The position numbers were made by a program, and so were the translations under genes. Under the pieces are notes generated by a model. That model had not been told where the DNA came from and did not search any database. It was given only the letters and a program-made list of their open reading frames with translations. Positions 36,509 through 50,200 of a DNA stretch of 64,000 nucleotides are shown here, one piece after another. The stretch covers positions 1 through 64,000 of the forward strand of contig KZ538463.1 of NCBI GenBank assembly GCA_000934665.2, in the 5' to 3' direction. The stretch comes from Catajapyx aquilonaris (lineage: Eukaryota). Numbering within the stretch: position 1 is the first letter of the stretch; each line of letters begins with the position of its first letter.

Positions 36509-39500
36509 GGCTACCAGAACTGTAAAAAAGGAGACACATGTGTTATTGCAAAATAGTTGATGCCATTTACACAAAACCCATTTGAACTTACAGAGTGCAT
36601 TTGGACATCAATCCAAATCAATTGCGTTCACAAGAGTGCACTTGCAAGTAAGCCAGCATGTCAAATGGGGTGTGGGAAAGTTTTAAGATGTTGGGAAGAA
36701 AGTGTAACCAGGGGGCTCTGAAGCTAACCTAAATGGCAGCCACATCTATCATAGATTTTCTCAACATGCATAGATCAGGCCTGTTAGGTTATATATCACA
36801 ATTATCATATTGCCTTGAAAATTGTAGGCAGCTTTGATTCTATTGCACTATCTAGTGAACTGAAACAAACATTGCCTTGACTCTTTGACATTACACGTAA
36901 TACAGCCTGGTGCAAAAATTTGGGACACATTTGCATATAATTATGGTTGAAAAAAAAAAAAAATTTTGCACTCAAGAGTTGTTTATGGAAATTTCAAACT
37001 CTGTAACAACGCCCATATTTTCGTACTGAACAATTGTAATCATTTCCAGACTGTTCTTGATAACATTCTTCACTATAACAATGATATCAGTTCACACTAT
37101 GCAGGTTATCGCCTTTTTAAAATTTTTAATTCAAAGCCATACAACTATAATGTCAAAAAAAACACACAAATTACTTACTCTCAATTCCGATGAAAAATTT
37201 GAGGCGATGGTTAACGTCCTCCTTGGTTCCTCTGGTTTCCTTAGGGGTTTCCTTGGGAGCTTCAGCAGGTTCCCCAAGGCCCAAGGCTACCTGAACTTTG
37301 GACGGGTTTGAAACCAGTACTTTAGCCCAGCTCAGCATTTTGAAGCCTTTTTCTCAGGACACAGAAGGAAGAGCCAGCTGGAGGCGTTGCTTCGTCCTGA
37401 CCAGACCAAAAAAAAAAGACAACAAATATTGCAAACGCACATTGGCCATGGATCTGCTCACTCGTGATTAGACAGGGTCATACCAGTGTTGACTAGTAAG
37501 AGATCAGTAAACAAGAGGAAAACTTATCTATATCAAACGGGGTGTGATATGGACACGCTGAATGGGAATTTCGCTCAAGTTCATATGCTCCAATAACTGC
37601 ATGACTTCATAAAATAATATCTCTATAACTAGTACTAGTTAGAGATATTATTTGTAAATGGGCCAATGCATGTCGGTTTATTGGGATGTCCCGGAACAAT
37701 TAATTTATTATTATAATAAGTGCAAATAGGTCATTTCCTGGTAATTTTCTCCTTGGCATATAGTTTATACAGTGATCTACCAGGAAGAAGACTAAATAAT
37801 ATTACTGTCATGTCCAACACATTCTGGAGGGATTATATGGCTGTAGCCCACGAGAAAGGAGAAGAAATCATATGAAAAAAATGAGCACATGTCTCTTTTT
37901 TTTGCATTACGCAAATATATTGCGCAATGTTTATTTAGCTATGCTGCCAAGTAGGACGCTATCTTTTCGCAGTAGATGCCGGATATCAGTTCTAAAAGCG
38001 ATTTGGTATCAGAAATGTGCATAGTTTCTTGACACATTTTTTTTCTTCTTCGTCACAATGGCCTTGCTCTCATAACCGGTCAATGAAATTGCTTGGTTTT
38101 TTGAGTATATATCAGAGTGTGTCATCCAACTCTGATGCAACTTGCAGATAACAAGGGCTTAACCTTGAATTTAATTACAAGTTTCAATCGTCATTATTTC
38201 TTCATTTATAAGCTGCAGGGATCCTGGGAATAATCGCAGTTCCTATGGACGTGACTCTCATTAATTCGAAACAAGGGTCATGCTCATTACTCATCAAGAG
38301 AATATCACTTCTCGTTTTCTCACAGGGACCCATAAAAGTGATAGCATCTACAGACAAATTATTGAGTGTGTTAATCGTGAGTCATGACTTAAATGGTTAT
38401 GTCATGCACTTATACTATACTATGAGTGCTACTTGCAGATCTTATTCATCCCTTTTATGATCAAATCAAGGATAAAATAGTGTGGCGATAGAATTAATAA
38501 GTACTATAAAAATTTGTGCGTTTCTTCTGCCGCTTCCTGGTTTTTGATTATGCAACATATAAACGCATAAACCTTCAAATTATGCGACCTTCAACTCCAA
38601 TAAGGCATTGTCTGTGTCTGAGAATATAACCAATTGAGTAGTTGCAGTTGCAAGATTTCACACACATACTGTATTAAATTATAGAGTACGCACTGATGAT
38701 CATTACAACGCCTGGAAATATAAATATTGCATGCATTAGATTGAGCTGTTGTCTCTATACGTAGATATTTTTTTTGTTGCAAAATAAGGTAGCCTACAGA
38801 GTTGTATTTAGCATGACGTGTGGATTACCCTTGAACAACGGACGTAATTGAATTACGGTGTCTTGTTTCCTCATAATGTACAGTGCTATTATATACAATC
38901 TAGCACTATCATATGGTTATGAACGTCAATGGCTTTCAATCTTGTTGTCTTTTAATCGGCATTTTGCAATTGCAGATAACATTGGATTTTTTTAATGCGG
39001 AAAAAACATGTACCCTTCTGTTAGTAGCCTATAGTTAACCCATGGCATTAGAGTAATGAAATTACATACCTATTTCAAGGTAGCCTATACTCGACCTTTT
39101 CTCACTCCCGAAGGTCTAGTCACAATAACTTTATGGCCAGAACTATTAGTACTGAAATGGTCGAGCCAAGACAAAGGCACCAATCCTTTAGTTCAAGGCT
39201 AGACACTTTCTTGGAAAGAGAGAATACTCTCCAGTTTTCCGGAATTGGGAATAGTCTATTGTACTATGGGATTTCTGAGTACAATATTCAGCATATAGTT
39301 ATGAAGCATAGACGATAATGATAATAAATAGTACCAAGAGTGAACTCTTAACCGTAGATGATAATATTCTCTGCACAAGATTGCATTCATCACAGTCGAT
39401 ATAATAGACTATGGCTTTTTTCAGTTTTAAAAAAAATTATAGGCAAAGCCAAATGAAACTATCGCAATTTTTAATCCAAATTTTGCGGGTCTTCTTGACC

Positions 39501-40665
39501 ATATTTTTCCAGTCACAACAGTTGACCTTTTGCAATTGAATGGCCGTCATAGCTCGCACGCAGCAGAAAATAATGTGCACTATAAAACAAGGCGCCTGCA
39601 GCATCGTTATGAATATGCGAATAGTTCATGTACTCACGCATGACGAAAGAGTTTAAAATATCGCCATGCATTACATCAGACTTGGAAATACCTCCTTATT
39701 TCACTATATGGACACACATGTCACTTTGTACCACTTTGTACTGATTAACATGCTGTCACCTTGAGAGAAAGAAAAATATAAATTATTACCATAGTATATC
39801 TACACTGGTTACGATTTTGAAAAAACTATTTACAGTTTGAAAGTAGGGGCTATTACACTGTGACTCTCCTCACCTGCACTATAGTGAGTTCCAACCCGTT
39901 CTGTGCACCATCCTTCAACAGACATGCACACACGATTCAAGACCTTGGACGCCGTATAAAATGATCCCAGCACACACACGCACACACTACATCAGAATCC
40001 CATATGATGGCCCCCTTGTCGGTGGCCCCACCTTTAGCTTCCATCCATCACTCACACACTCTTCTTGGTTTGGTCCATCCTGCTCAACAGCAAGCCCTCA
40101 ACTACCATGCACTTTCCTTTTCACTCGAAAAATATCCCGACCCCATTTTTCAGCTCACCGGCAAACCCCCAATGTGAGGCAGTTCCTCCATTTTGGCCCA
40201 CTTTCCCCTACTACTAACCTCCCCCATACGCACACATATCAAGTCAGCTGAAGAAGATGAAAGAGAGAAAAATAAAAAAATAAAAAATGAGAGAGGATCT
40301 TCCCATGTGAACTTGTGCCTTTGGTTGTTTCCAAACGTCGTGCAAAATTGTGATACGTGTGGGTGGGTGGCCCCGGTGGTAATTAGTGATAATGGGGGGA
40401 CTTTTTAAGCAATGGAGAGGTTGCAAAGGTGCTATTCCGCCCACTTTTGGTGTACACATGTCTTTGTTTGAGCGTCGTGTTTTTTTTTTTTATGTCATAA
40501 TGTCTTTGCAAAATATGGCTGTGTGACTTATTCGAATCGTACATATGGCTTGAGCAATTTTGCGTTAATTGGATACGTGTAGCAGAGGCTTATGGGTGAA
40601 ATTATTATGAGTCACCTTGGAGTTTCTATATACTGAGGCAATATTTGGTGCAACATTTACCAGTG

Positions 40666-40810
40666 CCCAGGTAGCACACTTCGTCGGCCCGACGTCGGCA
40701 AATGACGCCGGGCCAATGTTGGGGAGCGATGTCGGGCCAATGTAAACAGGTTAACTCTTTGTCACATCGGGCCGACGTCGGGCCGATGTTGGCATACAGT
40801 GCTGACCCGA
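40666..40810. repeat. CpG-rich interspersed repeat relic with GTCGGGCCGA-type subrepeats
   Basis: Begins CCCAGGTAGCACAC, followed by several direct and inverted GACGTCGG/GGGCCRATGT units in an AT-rich background. Confidence 0.5.
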
Positions 40811-43800
40811 TCTACATTATACCCTATATATTGTTAATAAATATTGAAGACCGTAGTTTATGACACAAACTGGCCATGATGCCTAAAAATAAGAAGAAAC
40901 GTCCAGAAACTGACCTTACCAAACAGGGGAAGGGTCAGCTAGTCACGAAACTATACGACGTAAATATTACAGCAGAAGCAGGTCATATCAACACAGCAAT
41001 GCGCTTGTGTGCCATTCATTCATCAACAATTACTGCCAGCGGCATTGGGCTTGTGGCAATCTTTTGCATTGCACTGTATGGTACGGTACGCCATGTGAAC
41101 TGTACCGTACAATGCCAATAAGTACTAGAAAAAAATTCGATGGTTTGATGTTAATGGCAATGTAGGTCAGCAGTGTGGACATACATTTACAGGTACAAGA
41201 GAACGTGCTATATTAGTCATAAAAAATTTTTTACTCATTAAGTAAACATACACAAGTGCTTCCCGCATGAATTACATTAATAAACAACCGTTTTAACAGT
41301 TAGCAAATTCATATGAGACCAGCTTCGTCTCCAGTATAACGAAGCAGAAGATAAGACATGATAACAAAGCTTAATAAAGTCTGCCTTACCCATATCGCGG
41401 ATTACACATATCGGTGCAGATATGCGAATATGCCACGCAATTTCAAAGTACCGCTTAACGCAATCTCAAATTAAACAACATTATCTCGTGTGGGTTTGAG
41501 TTACATCAGATATTACAACGTTCAACGGACAAAAGAGAGACATTTTTGTTGGTCGCACAGACATTCCTTGACCTGAATGGGAAAATTTTGAAATTATGTA
41601 AATCGCATCCTGTGACATACGTAACAAAACGTACGGAGAATTTGCGGTCGTGTAGCACCTGAACTATGTGCGGTGCGTGGGAAAACATGGCGTGCGTCTG
41701 CAATTTTTTTTTCTGAGAGTTTAAGTTGGTTGGTAAGCTTTTACAAAATCACCGGAACTGTTCTCTTTGTCGTGAATTTTTTTTGCTTCTTTAATTCCGC
41801 GTTCATTATAATTTTTTTCTGTGTTTTGCTAATTTTACTTCCTGTCCGGTGTATGTTGGACAATATCTGGGACGTATCCAACAATGTCGCTAATTATATA
41901 GACATTGTTGAAGAAGAAGTTAATGCGTTAATTTAAAAAAAAAATCACAACATAATTATGCAAATATTCGGGTCAATAAATAAAACAAAATCACAACAAT
42001 TGCCCAACGCTCACGGTCGATGATCTTATAACATTGCATGCAGTACTTGCTAACTTGTAATATGTAGTTTTAACCGAAATACTGTAATTACATTGCGTGT
42101 TTTCGGTGAAGGTATTGCCACAAAAAAAACTAGAGATTATTCGTATGACCCCGGCCTAAAATTGTAATTACATTCGGCAGTTACCTTGAATAGATTTTTA
42201 CGACTTGATGCTAATTAGCCAGTAACTATTTATAACTATTTCAAGTACGCTTGCTCATTCGGTACGTAATTACTTGTGAGAAGGAACTATGCATTTTTTT
42301 TTGTAGTTCGTGATAATAATGAGCAACTCATTTCAAGTACTGTACAGTACATATTTGTGTGGTTATGTACTTTTTTTTTTCCTTCTTCTTCAGAGAATGC
42401 ATACTTTTTGATACCTAATAACACGTGCCATTCTAAAAAGCAAATTCAGCTTATTGCATCAGCATTGTTTGATCATTATTGGTCACAAACATTCTCTCTC
42501 ACACACACACATTCCAACAAGCCGATGTGCAATCCCGTCGACTTTTCTATTGGGAAATAATCCCCCCGCGAACCCGAACAATAATTGAACGAGTTTTTGG
42601 TGCAGCACCGGTAAAACCACGTATGTAATTAACTGGTGCCAAAAGTGTTTGGAAATATCCGCTGCACTTGTTTATTATTATGAAGAGAAAAAAACATGTG
42701 GCAACACCATTTCGCCCCCCCAATTTTTTTTTAAAGCTCTCTATTATTAGACTAGTACGTAACATTTCTAAAAATGCACATTTTATGTCAGCAATGAAAC
42801 GCCTCAATTGTAATAAGTAGGCTGTTTTTTTTTTCTCCATATAGGTAATATTACGCCACATTACCACATTGTCTCTCTGGAAAAAAAAATACGCGCAGAA
42901 AAATGTAAACAGCCATGTCTTACAACGTATAAGGATTCTCATCTTAAAAAGCCATGTGGCGAGGTATGTACCAACCCTCTTTTTTTTTCTTCTCGAATGT
43001 GGTTTCAACTTTCTCCCATTTTGTAATCGTCTGCCCCCTTCCCAAACTCCCATACCCCCTTAGAAGGCACATCATAAAAATCTGACCAACAGTCATTTAT
43101 CTAACACTACTGCAATAGTTTGAACCTATAGCAAAAAAAAAGACTCACCATTGATAAAAATATTGGGGATGTTCTCATAGAAGTTTTGCGAGCCACACTA
43201 GCCAGGTCAGCAACTCAAACTAAAAATGTGGCTAAACCAGTCAGTGACGCCATCCACACATCCCAAGGGTGTAACGGAGCGCAAACCAAACCAAAAAAAA
43301 ACAACTGCAGCAATGGTGCTAAATATGAAGCATCCTTATATTGTTATAACAATGAGGGTGCAATAAAGGTGATGATGAGCCTTGGAATTTTTTGGTATTA
43401 GAGAGAGAGTACAATAAAAGGCAAGGTCTTAGGTTGGTTCACCTTGGTCGCATTTCTGAATGCCATTGCCGCACATGTGTCTTGGCTTATATCTTCTTGA
43501 ACATGCAGGTCAAGGTGATCTAGCAGCTTCCAAAGAATAGCTAATTACTAGTGGGCATCAATTGATGAGACGACACATCAGGATGCTTTGTACTCTAATA
43601 ATTGACAAGTGACGAGTGGGCTAGACGCTATTTTCAATAGAGTAATACTGAAAGGACCGGACGTGAACCCTGAACCCAAATTGGTCACTCGGTATGTATG
43701 AGTGGTCAGGACTTTCCTTTTCATGGTTAGAGGGTCAGGCAACCTATTTCCTGGGTTACAAAACTTGAGACAGGAACTTATAAATGCAATGAAAAAAATA

Positions 43801-44801
43801 AAAAGGTGCAATATTGTACGCGATGGCAATCTAATAGGAGCAGTAAAGTTTTAGAAAACTGTGAAAGGTGGTGCTGTCAAGGGCAAGTGAACATGTGGAT
43901 CAGGGAAAAAAAATATAAGCATTTTTTTTTAAAAAAAGGCGGTGCTGGGTGCATGTCAAATATAAGGATTTTATCATTAAAAATCAAGTACATGTAAATT
44001 TAAAATTCCATTTTCTTCAGGTTATGAGGAAACACATTACGTGACAACAACATGGCACGAGCTGTCGTTTATTTCCAAGGTTGGGAGAGGGAATTTGGAT
44101 TCAAGTAGATCAGGCAATTTCACATGCAATGTTATTGAAAGATTTCTGACCCCATACATGCCGGAGTAATAATGTACTTGCCTTTCACTGTCAATCAGCC
44201 TTAACCCTGCATGCCCCTCTCACTTGATGATGCTGAGTTTTTTCTAATGCTTCTCGGGAGAATTTTTTTGTCCTTATATCTTGCACATGCCAAAAGAAGC
44301 CTGACAACATTGCAAAACACAAAATGTAACATACAAAAGCTTGGTAAATAATTGAGTTACAATTCAGCACTAAAAGCAATAAATACTGCAGTGAAATCTG
44401 TCTATTTTTCGTTCTGAATATGTTTCGGTAGCACATGACAAAAATACGTCGAATGTCGTCCTGCAGGATCAAACGAGTTGTGTAATCGGCAAGAGTTTCT
44501 GCTGCCTCCAGAGTCGGTTATAAACAAATTTCACTGCCTATGAACATGTCAGCGGAACAAAAATAATTCAACTGCAAAGATTGCATTCAAATAAATCTCT
44601 CTTGTAAGACAATATTTTATTCTGCAATCACACACACAGAGGAAAAACACTGACAAAACATTGCCAACATGAACGAATTCGTAATACATTTCCGCCCTTG
44701 CATACATGTCAATGAGGGACACACTGTCATGTTATATTCTCTTGTCAGTTTATTTTTTTTTATTTTTTTTGTTTCACACCACATTTGAAGTTGAACGCCA
44801 T

Positions 44802-45510
44802 TTAGGACACCCCGGCGTACTTGACCTCATCGAATGCCTTCCTGGCTCTCTTGAGCTCCTCATTCATGGTGAGCAGATCCTTGACTCGGGCAAACTTCCG
44901 CAAGTCTTTGCGCACCAGGAAGACAATATCCTCCACCTGCACCCTTCCCGGCCGCCCCACTTCCATGGCTCGATGAGTCGTCTCGGTGATAAACTCAATC
45001 ACCAGGTCCTCCAGAAGGTCCACGCTCTCCGTGTACGGATTCTGGTCATCCCCAAATCCAAACATCATGCATCGCAGCTCCTTGGAGAACAGGCGTTTGC
45101 GGCCAGCTGCAGTCGCACCCAACTGGGGCTCACTCTCTTCTTCTTCAAACTGAGATTATTGTACGTAAGTGCTTAAGGGTCTCTTCACAAAATACTGTTA
45201 GTGCTCCCATAATTAAAATTAGTAAGCCATTCGATGCAGTTCATGTTACAGGACACCAGCAAAAGAATGCTCAGGGTTACAGTATGCCCAAAGGGGAGTT
45301 CCAGAAAATTTCGACATCCAACTTCAAATGTGGTGATCCACAACCCGAGAAGCCAACAACCCAACATTTCATGCTCTGTACCGATTCTACAAACCGTAAG
45401 GATTAACCCGACATACCATGCGACAAGAAATATTCAGAAATTAAAGTGCTAGACAATTAAAAAAAAGTGAAGAAACAAACCTGATCGAACGTATCGTCAG
45501 CGGTCGCCAT
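44802..45510 (-). CDS. TAF13: TFIID subunit 13 (histone fold). Exons 45510-45481 and 45149-44802
   Basis: MATADDTFDQ|FEEEESE...RKRLFSKELRCMMFGFGDDQNPYTESVDLLEDLVIEFI...RKFARVKDLLTMNEELKRARKAFDE; AATAAA on the minus strand at 44616-44621. Confidence 0.96.
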
Positions 45511-45535
45511 TTTGTCTTTTTTTTAATGTGCAGAA

Positions 45536-45550
45536 TCGATATATCGATAT
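45536..45550. promoter_or_regulatory. DRE/DREF-type core promoter element(s) upstream of TAF13
   Basis: Perfect TATCGATA at 45542-45549 with an adjacent ATCGATA, ~30 nt upstream of the TAF13 ATG; typical of arthropod housekeeping promoters. Confidence 0.6.
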
Positions 45551-45919
45551 TACAAATTCTATCAAAAATACGTGTGACATTAAAAGTTAACTCACTCCTT
45601 CATTTATAAATGTATTTTTAAATAGCAAATAATTTATGACATACTCTTAATTGTTTTTATCGGGATGGAATAAACGAGTGGGTGCGTTCAGATGCGAAGC
45701 AAGTTCTGAACTTCTGGCGGGCTGTTCAAAAAAAAAATCTAGCCATACACTAGTTACCGGTAATAGTAGTTAGGCTCTCTATTACAATAGTCAAAAGTAG
45801 CTACTATTAAAGCTGTGGATTGCAATAAATTTTCAACAGGGATGTTATCACCGTATCTAAATGGCTAACCAATTATTTTAATGCTATAACCCTGTATACT
45901 GTACCGGTATAAATTTATT

Positions 45920-46045
45920 ACTAACCAAGCTGCGCAGTATACTTGTACGTACCATTATAAATGACTAGCCAAGCTGTACAGTACTGTACGTACCATTATA
46001 AATGACTAGCTAAGCTGTGCACTGTGCAGTACTGTGCATACCAGT
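45920..46045. repeat. ~42-bp tandem duplication (2-3 copies)
   Basis: GTACGTACCATTATAAATGACTAGC(C/T)AAGCTGT repeated. Confidence 0.75.
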
Positions 46046-47243
46046 ATATTTGTATCATCGTTGAATTCAAAAGACCAAACATAATAAGGAAATCTATATT
46101 TTATTTGTGAACTCATACAACACTCTGCAGTTTACATTCTGTTGGGGTTGGATGGGGGGAGATATAGAGGGAAGCGACTATTATTTTTTGGAAATCTTGT
46201 TTGATTTCCTTATTCTGTGATTTGGCATGTACTGTATACACACTTTGCTGGGAGAGTAATTACAAAAAGGCACTGGGGGTTGTGTAGTTATGAGGCACTC
46301 GGGTTCTATCCATTTGGAAAATTTGTTTAAAAAAAAAAAATCAAGGGATCGAACATAATTCTTTGGTAGGTGGGAATTGCCAGGATGTGATTGCACGATA
46401 TTGTCATTTTAAATTTATGATAAAATCATTTCCGATTTAAAATAATAATTTACTGGGATTTATATCCTTTTTTTTAAAAAAAAAAAAAAAGTGTTGAATA
46501 TGTACAATGGACTATATTTTTTCATTGGTTCCAAGTTATAAATTATATGCACCTCCGCATAGTCTAACCAGATGCTATCGCACATAGAAAGGAACATTAT
46601 CAATATTCATGGTATTTTTAGCTGTCTTTTTGGGCTGCTTTTTCCACTAGTAAGCAAGTTAGGACTTTACATACATATATGCAAAAAATGGTAAATGCCA
46701 GTGGATGTTTTTAAAAAATATGTTTAAAATTAATAAATGCTCGGTACTGCACCTCTGTGGAAGTCATTATACAAAAAAATTTATTACCGATGCTCTTAGA
46801 TTGTGCCTCTGAGTTTCAATATATTTGCATAAGAAACCCAAATTGTTACAGTACGGAGAATGTACAATGTGGTTTAAATGTGAACTGATGCAGTCTGATG
46901 TAAGCAATGCTTTCCGTTGCGCATAATACGAGTGACACTGCATTTGTCGCACGTCGGTGGAAAATCTGCATACATCAGAATATTGCGCTTCGTATTTTGT
47001 TTGGCAGATCAGGCTCCCTCGCAATTGCATTTAGAGAGCATTAATTACAAGATCAGGTCGGATGTAACTTTCAGAGAGTAGCACCTTGTCTACAAGGGGG
47101 ACACCTAAGTAAGCACAAATCAAACAACTGATCAGTTATAATATTCTCTTATGTCATTCTAGAGGCGCAAACTAAGAGCAGGTAGGCTAGACATCTGAAT
47201 AATTTAGTATTTGCATATATATTCATCTCGGTGCAAGCCTTTA

Positions 47244-50200
47244 TCAAAGGGAAGTCTCAAGTCGCCGTTTGTCAGGCGGGGAGACACTTCCAGTCCTTTT
47301 TGGATGTTCGACTGGACCTATGGAATGACGACTCCTGGGCAAAGAGTTGAACTGCAAGTGTCGCCTAGCACCTACGTCCGATACGGGCTCTTGTTTCGGT
47401 GGGGTTTTTTCCAGGTGATCTCCGCGGTCTTCTTCCTGGATCGGAGTTGAGAGGACGTCTGACCGGTTGAGCATGAATCTCTTGCTGCCCAGCCTGGTTG
47501 CTATCTGGTTGATTCTGGCTGAACTCCTTGTTGGTGTTGTCATGGACTGCTGGCCTTTAGCTGCTAATTTCCCAGCCCTCAGCATCTCCACAGCGGACAT
47601 CCGCTCTTTTGGGTCTGACCGTCCGTGTTGTAGTAAAAGTCGCTTGAAGTCATCAATCGATGTAGGCTTGGTCAAGGCTGGAGGTGGAGTTTGTTGGATT
47701 GAGTCGCCTGCCCAACTGGTCCGGTTTCGTGGCGAGTTGTCCAAGCTCCGGAATGACGGCCCAGGATCACTGCAGATACTACTGACTGATATGGGTGACC
47801 AACTACGCCTATCGGCTGCAATCAAGGTTGATGTCTTTGGCATGTCCCACCAGTTCGAACTAGAGAAGTTAGAACCAGAGAGGTTGCTGCTTAATGAAGA
47901 GGATGTCCCGGAAGAAGTGGTGGAAGCTGGAGATGGACTGCGACTGCCAGCTTGCTTCTCAGCCAGTTTCTTTTTCATCTGGTGTAAAGTGGCGTACAGG
48001 TCTTCTCGTTTGCCAACACGCTGCGGATTAGGAAGTTGCCCAGGGGTGCTGATATTCACAGTGATAGCCCGAGGTGGTCCAGGTATTGACCCAGGGGAGT
48101 TGGAGTTGGCAGAGGACCGTGGGCCAATCACCTGCCCAGGCGACCTGAGGTTGAGGGAAGTGCGCAGTGGTCCTGACGGCTGCAGTTTGGATGTGTTTGG
48201 TACTGCGGCTGCTTTGGGAGAAGAAAACACCAAAGCAGCGCGTTCACCATTGGCCACTGGGTTCCTCGGTTGCATCATTTGCTCTGGAAGCTTATTTTGG
48301 AGGTGAAGTCCATCTGCAAAACGGACATGTTTTGGGATTGTAGCGGCACGTAATGTGCCGTAATGGTTCATGGATGGGGGAGGAGCGGAGTGGGCACGTT
48401 CAGGGTATGACGGTGTAGGGTATGTTGGCTTTTGGTATGGAAATGTCGGATGTCCAGGTACCGGATATGTTGGGGTAGGATGAACAGGTTGCGGAGGTGC
48501 CTGGTAGGAAGGAGCTGGGTATGTTGAGGTAGGATAAGAAGCTGGATGATCAGGTGCTGCGGAGGTAGAAGCACGACGTCCTGGTAACGTCCAGTAACCA
48601 GAAGGTTGCGGATTTGCATGTGCAGTAGAGTTCCACTGTTGAGTGTTTCTCTCTCGGGTTGCATTTGGAAGAATGGACGATTGCGGAGGAGACGAGGTCT
48701 GCCCTGAAACTGCAAATGGCAACGTTAGTGCACAATCACACTCGGAAGCAAGGAAGCAACAAAAAATGGAATTGAACAGCGAAGAAAAAGAAATAAAAGG
48801 TGGAAAAAAAAAGTACCTGGTAGCTCACTTGCGACTTCACAATTCTTCAATTTTAGGTGCAGGTGATGGTTATAGGAGTGCAGGTGTTTTTGAAATAAGG
48901 GTGCTGTGCAGGGTGCTTTTGTAAATAAACAAACAGTGCATGCTGCCTATGTAGAGAGAAAGATTGTACTTCACATTTTTTTTTTTGTAAATGGCCAATT
49001 ACAATTTTTGCGGCTTATATCGCAGATTTTTGGGGCTCTTGGCAGACAACATGCACTTGATAGCATCATCCAGGAAGATTTTTTAAAAAATATAACCTAC
49101 CCATAAAAAAAAGGTGTCAAATCCAACTGGATGACTCATGGTTAGGGGGTGCGTTTCTATTAGTTTTAAATTTGGCACTGATTGTATCAACAAGCACACC
49201 CAAAAAAACGACAAGCAAAAGCGGAAAGACAACACGTTTCAAATTAATTTTCTTTCACCACCTTACCCCTTCTCTCTCTTTTTTTTTGGCATGGCCCCAA
49301 AAGCCTGGATTTACAAGAGTCAAATGCTTTACACGACAGTCTACAAGATGACTATAAAAGCAAGCAGTCTCATAAAAGTCTTCCTCAAGTCTTTATACAG
49401 TCTGTTTCCTAAATACAATAAGCTGGTTTGCAGTTAAGAGAAATTGCAGGTACATATCGGTTTATAAATGCACAATATGAACACGATTTTTAATATCAGT
49501 TCTTATCTGTCGATATTAGTCAGTTAGTGTTTACTGTGGTCAGTTAGGAAGATTTTGTTATTAGGTCGTTAAGTGTTAGTTTACAGTATGGTTGTCTATA
49601 TATATTTGTTTTAAAATTTTAGAACATGTAAAATATATATTTTTAAATTAACACAAATGTGCGCAGTGCACTGAAGAAGAAATTGGTGCCGAAAAATAGT
49701 TCAGAAGTGGCATGCAATAGTAATAATAAAGTGAAGGTGACTATGCAGAGAGGTAATAAGGATCGACTACTGGTCAGATTATTTAAATGCAGGGGTTTCA
49801 ACCCATAAATGCACGTTTTACCTGCCATGCGATGTCAAAGGACAAACACAAAATGCTGAACACACACACATGTAGGTTGACAAACAAAACAAAGGAAATG
49901 CATCGACACACACAACACAAAGACATGACATGCAACACACGACTCACGACATGGCACACAGCTCACCATATCTCCGTGTCATTACCTGATTTGTAAAACG
50001 ACGGCGTTTCGTCTCCCTTTGTAGCAGTCCGAGCCATAACATTAATTGGCGACACACTTTTCACTGTCTTTCCTTGCATAAGCGATGGATTCACTAACAC
50101 TTGCGGACCATAGAACCTCCTTCCTTGGACATTGGGATTAGATACTGTCCGGAAAGCAGAGTCCGGATGGGACAGCTCACTCGGACTCACTTGTCGATAC

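Noticed and set aside
49963..49968. GTGAG donor-like site overlapping the TEIW stop codon
   Set aside because: Phase 2, incompatible with the phase-1 acceptors of the last gukh exon, so not used in the gene model.
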